A stretch of DNA of 61,359 nt, filler included, from Stramenopiles sp. TOSAG23-6 (GCA_900128565.1; 15 parts of 15 records of this genome joined end to end with filler, not necessarily neighbours in it); one strand, 5' to 3'; shown: positions 25,501-38,541, counted from the whole stretch's first letter. Numbers and translations: made by a program. The notes: generated from the letters alone by a model not told the origin.

Positions 25501-27154
25501 TTATTTCTCTTGAGACATATAAAAGTAAAAACCTGATAGAAACACGAAAAAAAAGACAAGAAATATATTTTTTTCCAATTTTTGTGTCTTTTTCATTACT
25601 TTACTTTTTTTTATACGATTTTTCAGAATATTTGTGTCTTCTTCATGGATATTTTTGATTCCAAGAATGGCGCCAAATTTTGCAAATGGACATTTCCATT
25701 CTTCATCAAAATTCACTGAAATATTTAATAGTTTATTCAATGCTTCAGATAAAGGAGGTATTTCGTTGGAAGAGTCTCCACCCATTATATCCAATTCTGT
25801 GAATAACCTCATATTCAATAAAAATGCAAATATTATGAAAAAATATGTCTTTTTTTGTTTGAAATTCGTTAGGTATAGAATTTTCATTGTAAAGAAAATG
25901 TTAGGTACAAAATTTCGTACGAAAAAAAAACAAAATTCGAAATTCAAAAAAACACGTTAGCTTCTGCAATAATAGTTTTTGCAGTTTCATTAGACAAATC
26001 AAGTGAATCTAAAGCTTGCCTATATTTGTCTTTAAAAGCTCTCTCACCTGTTTTTATATTTTCAAATACGTAGAATGAAAGTCCGTTTTTATGTATTGTG
26101 AAAAAATACTTTACAACTCAATACTTTTGTTGGTAAAAAAATTTAAAAAAAAAACTAAATAAATTCGAAATTCATCTTGAACACGTATATCTTTTAGATG
26201 TAAGCTTTTCTTTGCTCGTCGCATTAGAACCCTCCCACCAGATAAATCACCCATATATCGAGTGTATGCATGTGCTATTAACTCAGATGCATTACATTTT
26301 TTAATTCTATTACAATACTCTATTGTACATGTATTGTTGGAAAAAAAAAAATCATTAAAAATTTGTTAGGTACAAAATTTACTATCAAAAAAAATTCGTG
26401 TTTTTTGTAAAAAAAAAAAATAAAACATTCATGGAGAGGGTTGTGTTGCTTCTATTGAACTTTTCCATTTGTCGTTCGAACCAAACCAAAACGCCATGTC
26501 TTTTTCGAGAGATACTTTACGGTTTAATTCAGTAGGGAAATGTACTTTAGATATCATTTTATCATTTTTCATATCATTCAGACGCGTCTCTAGGACAGTA
26601 TATACAAAATAGAGATCAGCAATGAGTTGTTTATACAGTTTTTCCTCAATGTTGCCACGAATAAATTTTTTTACAAAGTTTACATTTTCTGCTGCAGTAT
26701 GGGATGCACGAGTTCCTTCTTTAATTTGCTTACTAAATGAAGAATTCATTGCGTTTTTCGTATCATTTTTATGAATAGTTGACGACAAATTAGAAGACCA
26801 AGTGCAACGTTCGAGGGCTACCATGAGCTCAGGAGTTGCATTGTGTTTAAATGGACAAATAGAGTTAAACTGTGGGCAGTTACCCATCTGTTTTTTAGTA
26901 CGCTCACTAACAGCGTGTAACTCTCGAAGTAATTTTATGAGAAGTATATGCGCTTTACTAGAACTTTGTCCACGATGAGGAATCTTTTCAAAGAGTACCT
27001 TTAGTTCTTCCGTTGTTTTAACGCGTTTGAAAGGACAACCATTCTCGAATGCTGGGCATTTCGTCAGATCCTCTTCACCTCCAGTTATATTGCACAGAAT
27101 TTCTTTGTATGGGCACCCTTCAAGAAAGGCGGGACAGTATTCTTTTAGATTCAT
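25501..27154 (-). CDS. HMOX: Heme oxygenase with N-terminal Cys-Pro repeats; three family introns
   Basis: IKEGTRASHTAAEN, LYFVYTVLE, FPTELNR, AHAYTRYMGDLSGG, GLSFYVF, EAN.AFLLN assembled across introns. Confidence 0.9.
26091..26188 (-). other. Family intron, AT-AT (98 nt)
   Basis: GAT|ATACGT...AATACAT|AAA gives LKD-KNGLSFY. Confidence 0.75.
26329..26430 (-). other. Family intron, GA-AT (102 nt)
   Basis: CCAT|GAATGT...AATACAT|GTACA gives PSP-C-TIEY. Confidence 0.8.
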
Positions 27155-27461
27155 GGTGGTAGACTTGGATAGCGTCTCTACAGAGAGAGAAGAAGAGAGA
27201 CTTTTTCAGTTTTGAAAAAACATCAAGAAGCAAAGAGAAAATTTTTGCCACGGCACGCGCACTAAAAAAAATTGAGAAAATCGCCGACGTCAAAACGAAA
27301 AGGCATAGGTAGTCTTTCCTGTGGATACGGACTATTGATTTTTGATCCTGTGAATGATTCGTATCTTTTCATTGAATGCTACATTCAATTGCCAAAGAAA
27401 TAAAACGAAATATATTCCAGAAGGCTTTCCATACAACTCTACACAAACAACACTTTGAACA

Positions 27462-28238
27462 ATGTCTTCATTTTCTGCACTATCAGTTGTAGTACTCTTT
27501 CTATGCATCACAAAAACTCTCGCTGTCAAAACTGAAGATATTCACAAGATGTATATGGATAGAAAGAAGTTCAAAGTCGGTGAGTGGCAACCACCAACAC
27601 CACCTAAGAATGAGACTATTCTTACCAGTAAAGTTCCAATACCTGAGTGGTTAGAAAAGAAGGACAACTTTAGGTTTTCTGAAATGAGAAACAAGCAAGC
27701 AAGTCAAAGAAAATTACTCGCAGATGACGCTTACGATGGAGGTGATGGAGAGGATGGAGAGGATGGAGGCCAAAAACAAAAAAACAAAGGAAAAAATATG
27801 CCAATTACAACAACAATGAGAGTTCCTCATAATTGGTTTGGTCAAGGAAAGTATGTTGCTCCTGCTGCTGAAATTGCAAATGGTAAGGAAGAATGTGACG
27901 TCTGTAAACTAATGATACAAAATCAGAAGCAAAAAGTATGTGATGATTATGAATTCCATGCAAATCAAAAATCTTCTTCCTCAAAAGGTGGTCTATCTAA
28001 TACTGATACTGCCAATGATGAAGATCAAGAAAATGGAGGTACTCAAAGCAATCAAAATAAGGCATTAAAGGCACAAAGATTTGATCTTGCACCAGGTGAA
28101 AAAGATTTATGCTTTAATGTCAGTAGCCCATATCAAGAAATGTGCCGAGGATATCAACACTACTTGAAAGATTGTCCCTCCTTCAAACACAATATCTGTC
28201 ATGAGGACGTTGGAGGCTCTGAGAGGTTACGCGCTCCA
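27462..28238 (+). CDS. Secreted cysteine-rich protein, saposin-like; continues past a GTACGT donor at 28239
   Basis: Signal peptide; ECDVCKLMI ... LCFNVSSPYQEMCRGY. Confidence 0.55.
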
Positions 28239-28844
28239 TGTACGTTTTTTTTTCATACTTCCTGGACGATACTGCTGTTTACAAGGTCTCCGGAGGTCAC
28301 CTGTAGAAAAATCATCTGCAAAGAAATCGTCCGGTACAAGCTTTTTTACACTTTGATTTACCGGTCGTTGACGCTTGAGACCCTTCTTACTCTTCTTTTT
28401 ACCCATGAATTGGTCAAAGGATAAAATTTTGAATATATTTCACCTTATTCTATCATTTATCCTTTGTTAGAATAGATTCAATCTCGAATGTTGTTGAAGA
28501 TTTGAGATTGTCTATGAAAGATTTTTAGCCCACGTGCAACGAATTCATGTCAACGAAAATTTGCTACTTATACGTAGCTTAGGCTTACTAGGGTTAGGGT
28601 TTTATTTCTCAATACTAATTGAATTTCAATTGAATAATAATCGATAATAATTTCACTTACTTCGTTTTATTGGATAGTAGGATATATAATNNNNNNNNNN
28701 NNNNNNNNNNNNNNNNNNNNNNNNNNNNNNNNNNTTAATTAATTAANNNNNNNNNNNNNNNNNNNNNNNNNNNNNNNNNNNNNNNNNNNNTACGAAATTT
28801 TGTACCTAACGATTTTTTTTTTCAAATATTTTTCCAAAATACAT

Positions 28845-30658
28845 GAACCTCTATTCGATGAAAAAGGATTATTACACATTCTCAAGGATACTTTGACAAG
28901 AAAATGTATTTTGTTCATCATTCATTTCAGATTTATTTTGTTGTTTTTGGTGTGAAATTTTGTACCTTATGATATTTTTTTTGAATAATTAAATATTTTT
29001 TCAAAGCACAGTTTTAGAAAAACAGCATAAAAGTGTTTATAAATCATTTTCTCAAAGAAAGACTGAAAAAAGTACAAAAAATAGTTCAAAAATTATCCGA
29101 TTATCTTTTCGAGATGACGTCAGAGATCCCGTGAGTGAATACAATATCCCTATTTGTGGCAGATGGCTGATTTCTGCCGATTGTCCAGCCAATATAAAAC
29201 ATACATTTTCGCAGTGTCTACAACAGTTACGCAACGAAAATCGAGGGATTCAAATTTTACTTCGTGCAATATATGTTTTCAAAATTGAATTTTTTAACAA
29301 TTTCGAATTAATTTTTTTTCATACGAAATTCCGTACTTAACAAATTTGTTGCACTAAAAAAAAATATTTTTTCAAAATACATAGGTGGTGGTGAAATAGA
29401 GAGACAATCAAGAATTGGAAAAAATAAAAAGAATGGTACTAGAGATTTATATGGGTGGAAATTGACCGAACGTTTTCATTTTAATTTCGAATGTATTTTT
29501 TTTTTCGTACGCAATTTTGTACCTAACAAATTTAAGTTTTTTTTTTTGAAATATTTTTTCTAAAATAGGTGCAAGGTCTCCCTAGATGTTTTCATCCAGC
29601 GAAAGAAATAATCGAAAATTGTTTCTCTACTTTTATAAATTCAGATCCACCAAATAGTTATAAACAGGATAAAAACCGAAATTCAGATGCAGAAAATAGT
29701 TATAAACAGCATGAAAACCAACTGAATAATAAAAATAGTAATAATGATAGTAATAATAATAATATCATTGAAATTGGACCTTATCTAAAATATGAAGGTT
29801 GTGTTACTTTTGTAGATATTAAAAACAAAAATCAAAGAAAGAATGGATTAATTTCTTCGAATAGTTCAATGGATTTGAATATTGGTAACTGCAATAGTTC
29901 TAGAAAAAGAAGTGAAACGAATCAAAATTACAATAATTCTACACCTAAAACAACTCCACTTTCTGACGAATCAATACAAAAACCTGTACATTATTATTCT
30001 CCACTTTCGAATGAATCGTCAAAAGCAACAAATTGGAAAAACATTTTACTAGGCACTCCAAAGCGCAGCCCAATGAGACTTCGGCATACATTTTCTGGCT
30101 CCCAAGGTGTTGTGAGTCAGTATCATCACAACGACGAAAATATTTGGGATACATCGAATCATAGNACTGGGACCGTGTACTTTTTTCAAAATTGAATTTT
30201 TTAATAATTTCNAATTTTTTTTTTCATACGAAATTCCGTACTTAACAAATTTTTTTAGTCAAAAAAANATATATATATATTTTCCACAATACATATCCCA
30301 TCCATATGCGACAATATCTGGACCAGATGATATNTTATTTTGTACCACNGCTTTACAAACAGAAAATGATATAAAAGATACTCCTCCTACTATAAATACT
30401 ATAAATAAACATATAAAAAAATGCTGGTCTTTGGAACTTGATAGTTGGACGAGTAAAATTCGGACTAGAAGTTCGTCTTTTGAATGGCGAAATTTAGCAA
30501 TTGGTATGATGAAATGCATGGCTGAAAATGAAATATTGCAAACTTTACCAGACGAAAATTATTATGATAATGACTTTAGTCCTACTCTATTTCCATCNAG
30601 CACAGATCATTCGCCGAAATGTTCTGATTTTAAAGGCCCTTCACCTCTAAACATTTAA
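28845..30658 (+). CDS. 3' part of an unknown gene with four family introns (GT-AG 28906-29011, AT-AT 29271-29382, GA-AG 29468-29568, GT-AT 30177-30294)
   Basis: Each removal links the open frames on either side. Confidence 0.6.
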
Positions 30659-30866
30659 TAAACACTTGAATTATTGAAATAAAATGTATATCCTTTGTTT
30701 TATTATCATCTAAATTTATATAAACAAAAGGTTGACATCAGATTTAAATGCCCGTAAGATTTATGTACTACCAGTAAAACGATTCAAAGGTTTTTTTCCG
30801 GCCAATTTCAATTTCGATTTTTGTTTCGTACGAAATTTTGTACCTAATGAATTTGTTTTTGAAATA

Positions 30867-32652
30867 TTATGTACTGCCAGTAAAAGGATTCAAAGGTTTT
30901 TTTCCGGCCGCATTGTCCCAATCACTAACGGTAAGATCGTTACCATAAGTACTGCAATCAACAGTACTTTGTTTTTTGACTGATGGATCAACTGTGCATG
31001 TATTCTTGTTTGCATCTTCAAAAAATTCACGAAGGAAACCTTTGATTCCATCAATTTTCTGATTCCAGCAATGTGGTACTAATATTGTTGGAATGTCAGT
31101 GAGTTTAATCTCGGTCAATCCCTTCAAATTATCATAATCATCGATTACTCCATTTGCATACTCACGTTCGAAAACAAGCGTACTGTCTGCTACACTCTTA
31201 TAAACGTAGCATTTAGGTACATTTACCATGTATTTTGGAAAAATATTTTTTTTTTGTAAAATTTGTTAGGTACAAAATTTCGTTCGAAAAAAAAAACTAA
31301 ATTTGAAATTCAAAACATAAAACATACATGGATGAATATCGTCGGCCATATATAGCCTTCAAGAATTTGGAAGGAATATTATCACCATACAAAGGATATT
31401 CCATGACTTTTTTTCTGTAAAATGAACTAGCGGTTGGAGATATCTGGCATTGACCACCAAGGATTTCAACATTCATTGAAATAGAAATATTTATTTCGTG
31501 TAAATTATCATATATTATCTTTTCAATAAAACAGGATAAATATCCAGCCCCACTCGTTGTATTTTTAGAATTTAATTGAACCCAGACAACACCACCCTCT
31601 CCAACACCAATATCAGTAGCTGTTATAAACTTTGTACCTTTGCCAATTGATTCATTCAATTTACCCAGAACTTCAGTTTTGCCTATATCAAGAAGTGATC
31701 GAGCAGCACCAATACACGAAAATGAAGAAAAGCCTTCCGAAAGACATATTAATTGCTCATCAGTAGAAACTCCATTGGCTCCAGAGGGTATATTAGGATT
31801 TCCATTATAACCTCCACTTAGAATGCCATTTTCATCATCATTTATCTTTAGACGCTCCTGACAAGCATCTAAATCATAGTCCGTGTTCTGTAAGTAATCT
31901 GGAAGTGGATCATAATTGTTTTCCCATCTTAACGCGTAAGGTACACAATTTTGAAGTTGAAAATTTAACAAGACTAAAATAAAATCACCCACTGCATCAA
32001 GTCGACGGCGATTACCGTTTCCTTTAGAAAATTCTGTACATGTATCTGCGTAAGACACTCCACAATTATCTGAATCTCCTACAATAGAAATGCATCGCGC
32101 AGTACACGAATTTTTTGCACAGCCTGGTTGACACAACTCATCTGTTTCTTTGTTAAACTGCTTTGTAATTAGTTCATCTTCATTTTGACCTTTTATAGCA
32201 ACAACTAAATTAATTGCAGTCACTTTTGGAGCATTGTTAGAATTGGTTCCTTGTGTCACATATTTTTCAATGTCTTTTTTTAACTTTGACTTCAAGTTAG
32301 ACGTTTCGAGAAATGCTCCAACATCCTCAACTTTAATCTGAAGCATAAGATTTTGTTTCGGCCCATCTATACCTTGCGTTGATGGCTTTTGAGGCGTAGC
32401 ATCGTAGTATAATAAGATACCCATGATAGCTAGGGATATGAGAAAAATTATTGTAAAAAACCATGTGCAAACACAACGTAAAGAACAACGACAAAAACTT
32501 TTTTTGAAACACCCAACTTTCTTTATTGGTGGAAATGACTGTTGTTTCATTCCTGCATTGTATGTCGCATACCTAGCCTCGTCAGCTGGTACGGCCACAG
32601 CTGTGGATAGAGCATCAGCGCGGTTATTCATGGGTTCCTTGTTTGCACTCAT
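30867..32652 (-). CDS. Type II single-pass membrane protein with Cys-rich ectodomain; GT-AT intron 31228-31327
   Basis: TM WFFTIIFLISLAIMGILLYY; TCCAT|GTATGT...ACAT|GGTA is in frame. Confidence 0.7.
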
Positions 32653-32883
32653 GGTAAATTGGTAATCTAATATTAAATTTTCAAAGTGTTTCTGTTTGAG
32701 CGACAGAGCACGAGCAGAGCGAGTTCGAGCAGAGAGATATTCGAGCTGTTTTTGAGCAGTTTTGTGTCCCGATGGCTCAATTNNNNNNNNNNNNNNNNNN
32801 NNNNNNNNNNNNNNNNNNNNNNNNNNTTAATTAATTAANNNNNNNNNNNNNNNNNNNNNNNNNNNNNNNNNNNNNNNNNNNNT

Positions 32884-35800
32884 TTGGAAGCAGGTAGTAG
32901 CGGTGAATCGAATGGGGCGTCCATTAAAATTTCAAGTGGTACCAGTGAAGGTGCAAAAGGTGGCGAAATATTATTATCAAGTGGTGCCAGCATCGATGAT
33001 AAGAGTGGATCAATTCAAATCTCTACTAAACATTCTACTGAAAGTGGTAGCATTACTCTAAGTACGGGTGAGTCTGAAAAACATAGCACCGGTAACATTG
33101 AAATCTACTCAGGTACGGCTATAGATGGTACAAGTGGGACGGTATCAATTTCGGCAGGCTCAAATGATTCAAAACAAAGTGGTTTAGTTTTACTGAAAGC
33201 AGGCAAGTCTACTATTTCTAATGGTAACGGGGGTGATGCGATCATTCGTTCCGGCCCAAGTGATGCAAAAAGAGGGGTTGTCGTGGTCTCAACAGCTGAT
33301 AGTAAAGAAAGCGGAGAGCTCCGTTTATCCAGTGGGATTGGGGAAACCAAATCAAGTGGATCTGTTAAATTAATGACAGGTAGATCCTTGAATGGTGTCG
33401 CCGGAAGCGTAAATATCGCAGTTGGAAACAGCACTACAAGTGGTGGGGAAGTTATTATAAGCGCCGGTAAATCAAAAGATGCAGGTGGTGATGTCATTGT
33501 AAATAGTGGTAAGGGAGAAGAAAATAGTGGCAGTCTTATGATTGCTTCAGCCGATGGCTTCTCTGGCAGTGGTGACCTCTACGTTGGATCTGGGCGTGCG
33601 ACTGAAGGAAGTAGTGGGGATGTTTCACTTCGTTCTGGCAGTGCAAGTGGAGGTACCTCTGGGGACATCAATATTCGTGTTGGTGAAAGTGATCAATCAA
33701 ATGGTGGTAAAATTGCAATCAGAGCGGGTGCATCCTTGACAACTGAAAAATCTGGAGGTGAAATAATCTTTGAGAGTGGAAATGGTTCGGTTAGTGGTAA
33801 TACCACCATTTCAAGTGCGATAGGGTTATCTACTGGTGCTGTTACAATATTAAGCGGTGAAGCTAGTAGTAGTTCATCTGGTTCAATGATTCTTGGAACA
33901 GGTGATTCCACATCTGGTTCCGCGGGGGGTGTAATTATCAAGACGGGTAATAGTGCAAGTGGTACTGCTGGATCAATCAGACTTGTTGGTGGTAATAGTA
34001 TTGGTGAAGGAGTTGGTGGATCTATGGAACTTACTACAGGTGCCAGTGCTAACAATGATAGTGGGTCTGTGAGAATTACAACTGATACTTCTGAAAGAAG
34101 TGGAGACATCTTTTTAAAAACGGGCGATGCACCAAAAAGTGCAGGTAGCATTTATTTAAGCTCGGGTTCTTCAAGTGGTATTGGTGGTTCAATTGTTTTC
34201 GATGCTAGATCAAATGAAATATCACAAAAAGGAGGCAATATATCCTTTTTCGCTGGTGATTCTTCTAAACATGGTGGTCGCGTATTAATTAGCTCGGGAT
34301 CAGGTGGCAGTAAAAGTGGCAATGTCGACATCGTGTCGGGAGATGCGGATATGAGTGGCAAATTAAAGTTAACAAGTGGTACGTCTATCAATGGATCTTC
34401 TGGAAACGTCACAATTGAATCTGGGTTTTCTACTCACGGAAAATCTGGATCTGTAACTATCTCAGCAGGAAGTTCAGGGAAATCAGCAGGTGATTTATTA
34501 CTCTCTGCTGGAGCGAGTACCGACGCAAATGGTATAGGAGGAAATACACTTTTGACAGGTGGTACGGGGGATACTAAGAGTGGGTCTGTGTCGATTTCTA
34601 CATCAGAGAGTGCATTATCTGGCAATATCTCAATTGTAACTGGTACCGCAAGTGAGGGAAAATCTGGCCATATATCAATTAAAACTGGGTCGGCGTCTGG
34701 TGGCAACGCGGGAAGTATCTCGCTAATTGCGGGGGATGGAACTTCAGGAGTAGCTGGATCTATAGCAATTAACGCAGGTAACGTCGAAGGCCCAGGCGAT
34801 GCAGGAAATGTTGATATAATCACTGGAAGAAGCGACGATGGCATTGGGGGCTCGCTTCATATTAATACTGCAGCATCTCAAACAAGTGGTGATATTACAG
34901 TTGCATCCGGAGAAGCTACTTTAGGCTCTTCAGGCACAGTAAAAATTTTTTCGGGGTCGTCTTCATCTGGCACTGCAGGTGAAGTTCAAATATTTGGTGG
35001 TATCGGTAAAAATAAGAAAGGTGGACATGTTTATCTTCAAGGAGGAGACTCTTCGGCAATAATGGGAGTTGGGGGCGATGTTACTGTCGCATCTGGTACA
35101 GGAGGTAAAGTGACAGGAAATATTTCCATCAACACATCCCAAGCAGACACTACTGGTGACGTTCGCCTTTCAAGTGGTGTTGCTTCAGTAGGAAATTCTG
35201 GTTCTATACACATAGGCTCTGGGATATCGAACAATGCAAAAGCCGGGAATGTTCACATTGCTGTTGGTGACAGCCATTTGATGGGAGCGGGGCTCATGAT
35301 GACTGCAGGGTCTTCAAACATAGATAGAGGTGGTAACGTCGATGTTACTAGTGGCTCAGGTGCAATACACAGTGGGCATATAAACATTGCATCTGCAGAT
35401 GGTGTAACAAAAAGTGGTACTGTGACCATTGGCTCTGGTAATGCAAGTGAAGGCTCTAGCGGAAATGTTTTACTTGGCTCCGGTAGTGCAACTGGAGGCG
35501 ACAGTGGATCTATCCGCNTTNCTGTTGGTGAAACAGATACTGGGAATGGTGGTGATGTATTAATCAATGCAGGNTCATCATCCGCNGANGANTCNACNGG
35601 TGGNCNTATAGCNCTGANTAGNGGATCTGGANCTAAAAGCGGAGACATTGAAATATCTAGTATGAACAGTGCTACCACCGGTTCAATCTCTTTGATAAGT
35701 GGCAAAGCTTCCACGGGTTCATCTGGCGACGTAAGAATTGGTTCTGGGGATTCCGTTGAAAGCACGGCTGGTTCTCTCAGTATAAAAGCAGGAACCAGTA

Positions 35801-36871
35801 ATCTTGAAACTGGAGCATCTGTTAACATTTCAAGTGGCAGTAACACTGGATTTGGTAAAGGAGGCGATTTAACACTGATAAGTGGTGCAAGTACAAATGG
35901 TATTAGTGGAAATGTACAAATTTCTTCACAGTCTTCAACTGAAAGTGGAGATATTACTCTGCATTCTGGAAATTCTCAAGAATCAAATTCTGGTGCCATT
36001 GAAATTCGTTCCGGTACTGCAATGTTAGGTGAAAGTGGAACTATTTCCATTTCAGCCGGGTTAGTCAACTCTGAAAACGGCGGTTCACTGTTGTTAAATG
36101 CAGGGAAATCAATTGCAGATAATGGTGTTGGTGGTTATGTCAATATAAGTTCTGGTACGGGCAATGCTGAAAGTGGGGNTATTAAAATTGATACAGCTGC
36201 AGGTGTCCAAAGCGGGGATCTCTCTTTGTCTACAGGTGAAGCATCGAATGGTAAATCAGGTGATATTATATTGACATCTGGGTCATCGGACCATGATGTA
36301 GCTGGAAGCATACATATTGCTGTTGGTGAAAGTGTATCTCAAGGCAGCGAACTTACCTTAAATGCTGGTCCATCAAAGAATAAATCTGGTGGAAGTGTCG
36401 TTATAAATAGTGGTATTGGTGTTGAAAAAAGTGGTTCTCTAAGTCTGTCATCCGGTGTGGGATTGACTGGAAGTGGAAGTGTTTCATTCGGTTCTGGTGG
36501 TGCAAGTGAGGGTTCCAGTGGAAATGTTCTACTTGGCTCTGGTAGTGCAACTGGAGGTGATAGTGGATCTATCCGCATTACTGTAGGTGACACAAATACT
36601 GGGAATGGTGGTGATGTGTTAGTCAATGCAGGTTCATCATCCGCCGAGGATTCCACGGGTGGGCGTATAGCTCTGAATAGCGGGACTGGAAATAAAAGTG
36701 GGGATATCTCACTCTCGAGTTCGGATGGTTCATCCTCTGGTACAGTGACTTTTAGTACTGGTGATGCTTCTGATGGAGTATCTGGTAATTTACTCATTGG
36801 TGTAGGAGATTCAACGAATGCTGCGGCTGGCTCCATAAACCTTAAAGCTGGAAACAGTACTGAGTCTATCG
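32884..36871 (+). CDS. Giant Gly/Ser-rich repeat protein (likely beta-solenoid surface protein), partial at both ends
   Basis: Uninterrupted ORF over 1300 aa made of ~13-16 aa SG.I.I..G repeats with higher-order duplication. Confidence 0.85.
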
Positions 36872-37029
36872 NNNNNNNNNNNNNNNNNNNNNNNNNNNNN
36901 NNNNNNNNNNNNNNNTTAATTAATTAANNNNNNNNNNNNNNNNNNNNNNNNNNNNNNNNNNNNNNNNNNNNTTTTCGTACGAAATTTTGTACCTAACAAA
37001 TTTCGAATTTATTTTTTTTTACAATACAT

Positions 37030-38541
37030 GTGATAATTTTATGGAAATTGTTTCTGAACTTTCGGAATACGTATCAGATGTTGATTCAGAAATGGCTCGC
37101 CGATCTATTTCTGCAATTGGGGAGATTGGTGTAAAGTTACCAAATGCGTGTAACAAGGTCATTGAGCAATTATTAGATTTTACAGAGTTGGAGTCTTTTG
37201 TCCGATGTGAAACTGTTCGTGTGTTGAAAGATATCCTTCGAAAATACCCAGACCGAGCTCCAGAGATTATTCCAACTATATCAAAAACTCTTGGAAATAT
37301 TGAGGAACCACTTGGTAAATCATCTGTTGTGTGGATGCTTGGTGAATATGGTGAGATGCTTGAAAGTGGGCCATATATTTTGGAGAGTCTTGTCAATAAT
37401 TATGAGAATGAAGAGTCTAATATTGTTCGACTTGAATTACTGACTGCTACAATGAAGCTTTTCTTCAAAAGACCTCCCGAATGTCAAAAGATGCTAGGAA
37501 AAATTTTGAATTTTGTTCTTTCTGATGATCGTCCAGACGTTGATCTGCACGATCGAGCACTTTTTTACTATCGTTTATTACGTGAAGATCCAAATGCTGC
37601 TAAAGATATCGTCAATTGTTCAAAAAATGTTGTGGCTGCGTTCATGGATGACACAAATGATGATGTAAAACAACGCATATATTCTGAGTTTAATACGTTA
37701 TCTGTAGTGTATAATAAAATGAGTGACCAGTTTATTCTTCCGGAGAATAGATTGGGTGTGGTTCATAATGAAGGCATTGAAGACGAATCTGTCATTGAAG
37801 AATCTGATGATGAAAAAAATGAAAATCTGATGTCCAATACTCCATCTAGCCCCTCCCTTGAATCCTTTTCTCATGAAGGTGACCTCATTGGCACTACAAG
37901 TAGAAAAACCTCTATGGCATCTGTAGATAGCAGCATCGGTGGTGATTTATTAGGTAGTGGACTTGATGGACTTTTGGGTGATGCAGACTCCTCGACTCAA
38001 CATGGAAATTCTGGTGGAGATTTATTAGGAGATTGGGGAGATGATTTACTAGGTGGTACTCCTAATGGTGGTAGTGATAATGACACATTAAATGAAACAA
38101 AAACAGTGTCTTTGCGTCCTCGGCCTAAAATTAGTGGTGCCAATTTCCAAAGTAAATGGGGAAATCCAGATAGTCAAGACTCGATAAAAGTTCATGTATC
38201 TTTTTTTTTTTTTTCAATTTCGAATTTATTTTTTTTTCATACGAAATTTTGTACCTAACGTTTTTTTTTTGAAATATTTTTCCAAAATACATGTGCCAAA
38301 TTCGTCAAAATTAACAGATACACTAAAATCTGCAGGAATATTGACAATGGCCACTGGGAAACAGGGAGATATGTCGAAGTATTATATGTTTGCTCAAGAA
38401 TCTTCCCCGAGTGAAAGTTTCTTTTTATTAGAATTACTTGTGCCACCTTCAAGTGGTGATATTAATGCTATTATAAAAAGTGATGGCGCTGATATAAATA
38501 CATTTATGGAATACTTTAAGAACATTGTTATGTCCATGTAA
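37030..38541 (+). CDS. AP4B1: AP-4 complex beta subunit (beta-adaptin), 3' part; GT-AT intron 38196-38292
   Basis: ELSEYVSDVD, WMLGEYG, LFFKRPPECQ, DLHDRALFYYRLL, EFNTLSVVY; appendage domain restored by splicing. Confidence 0.85.
38196..38292 (+). other. Family intron, GT-AT (97 nt)
   Basis: CAT|GTATCT...AATACAT|GTG gives IKVH-VPNS. Confidence 0.8.

Noticed and set aside
33105-36836. Long antisense ORFs opposite the Gly/Ser gene (also opposite 10521-12256 and 57382-60216)
   Set aside because: Shadow ORFs caused by repetitive, biased codon usage.
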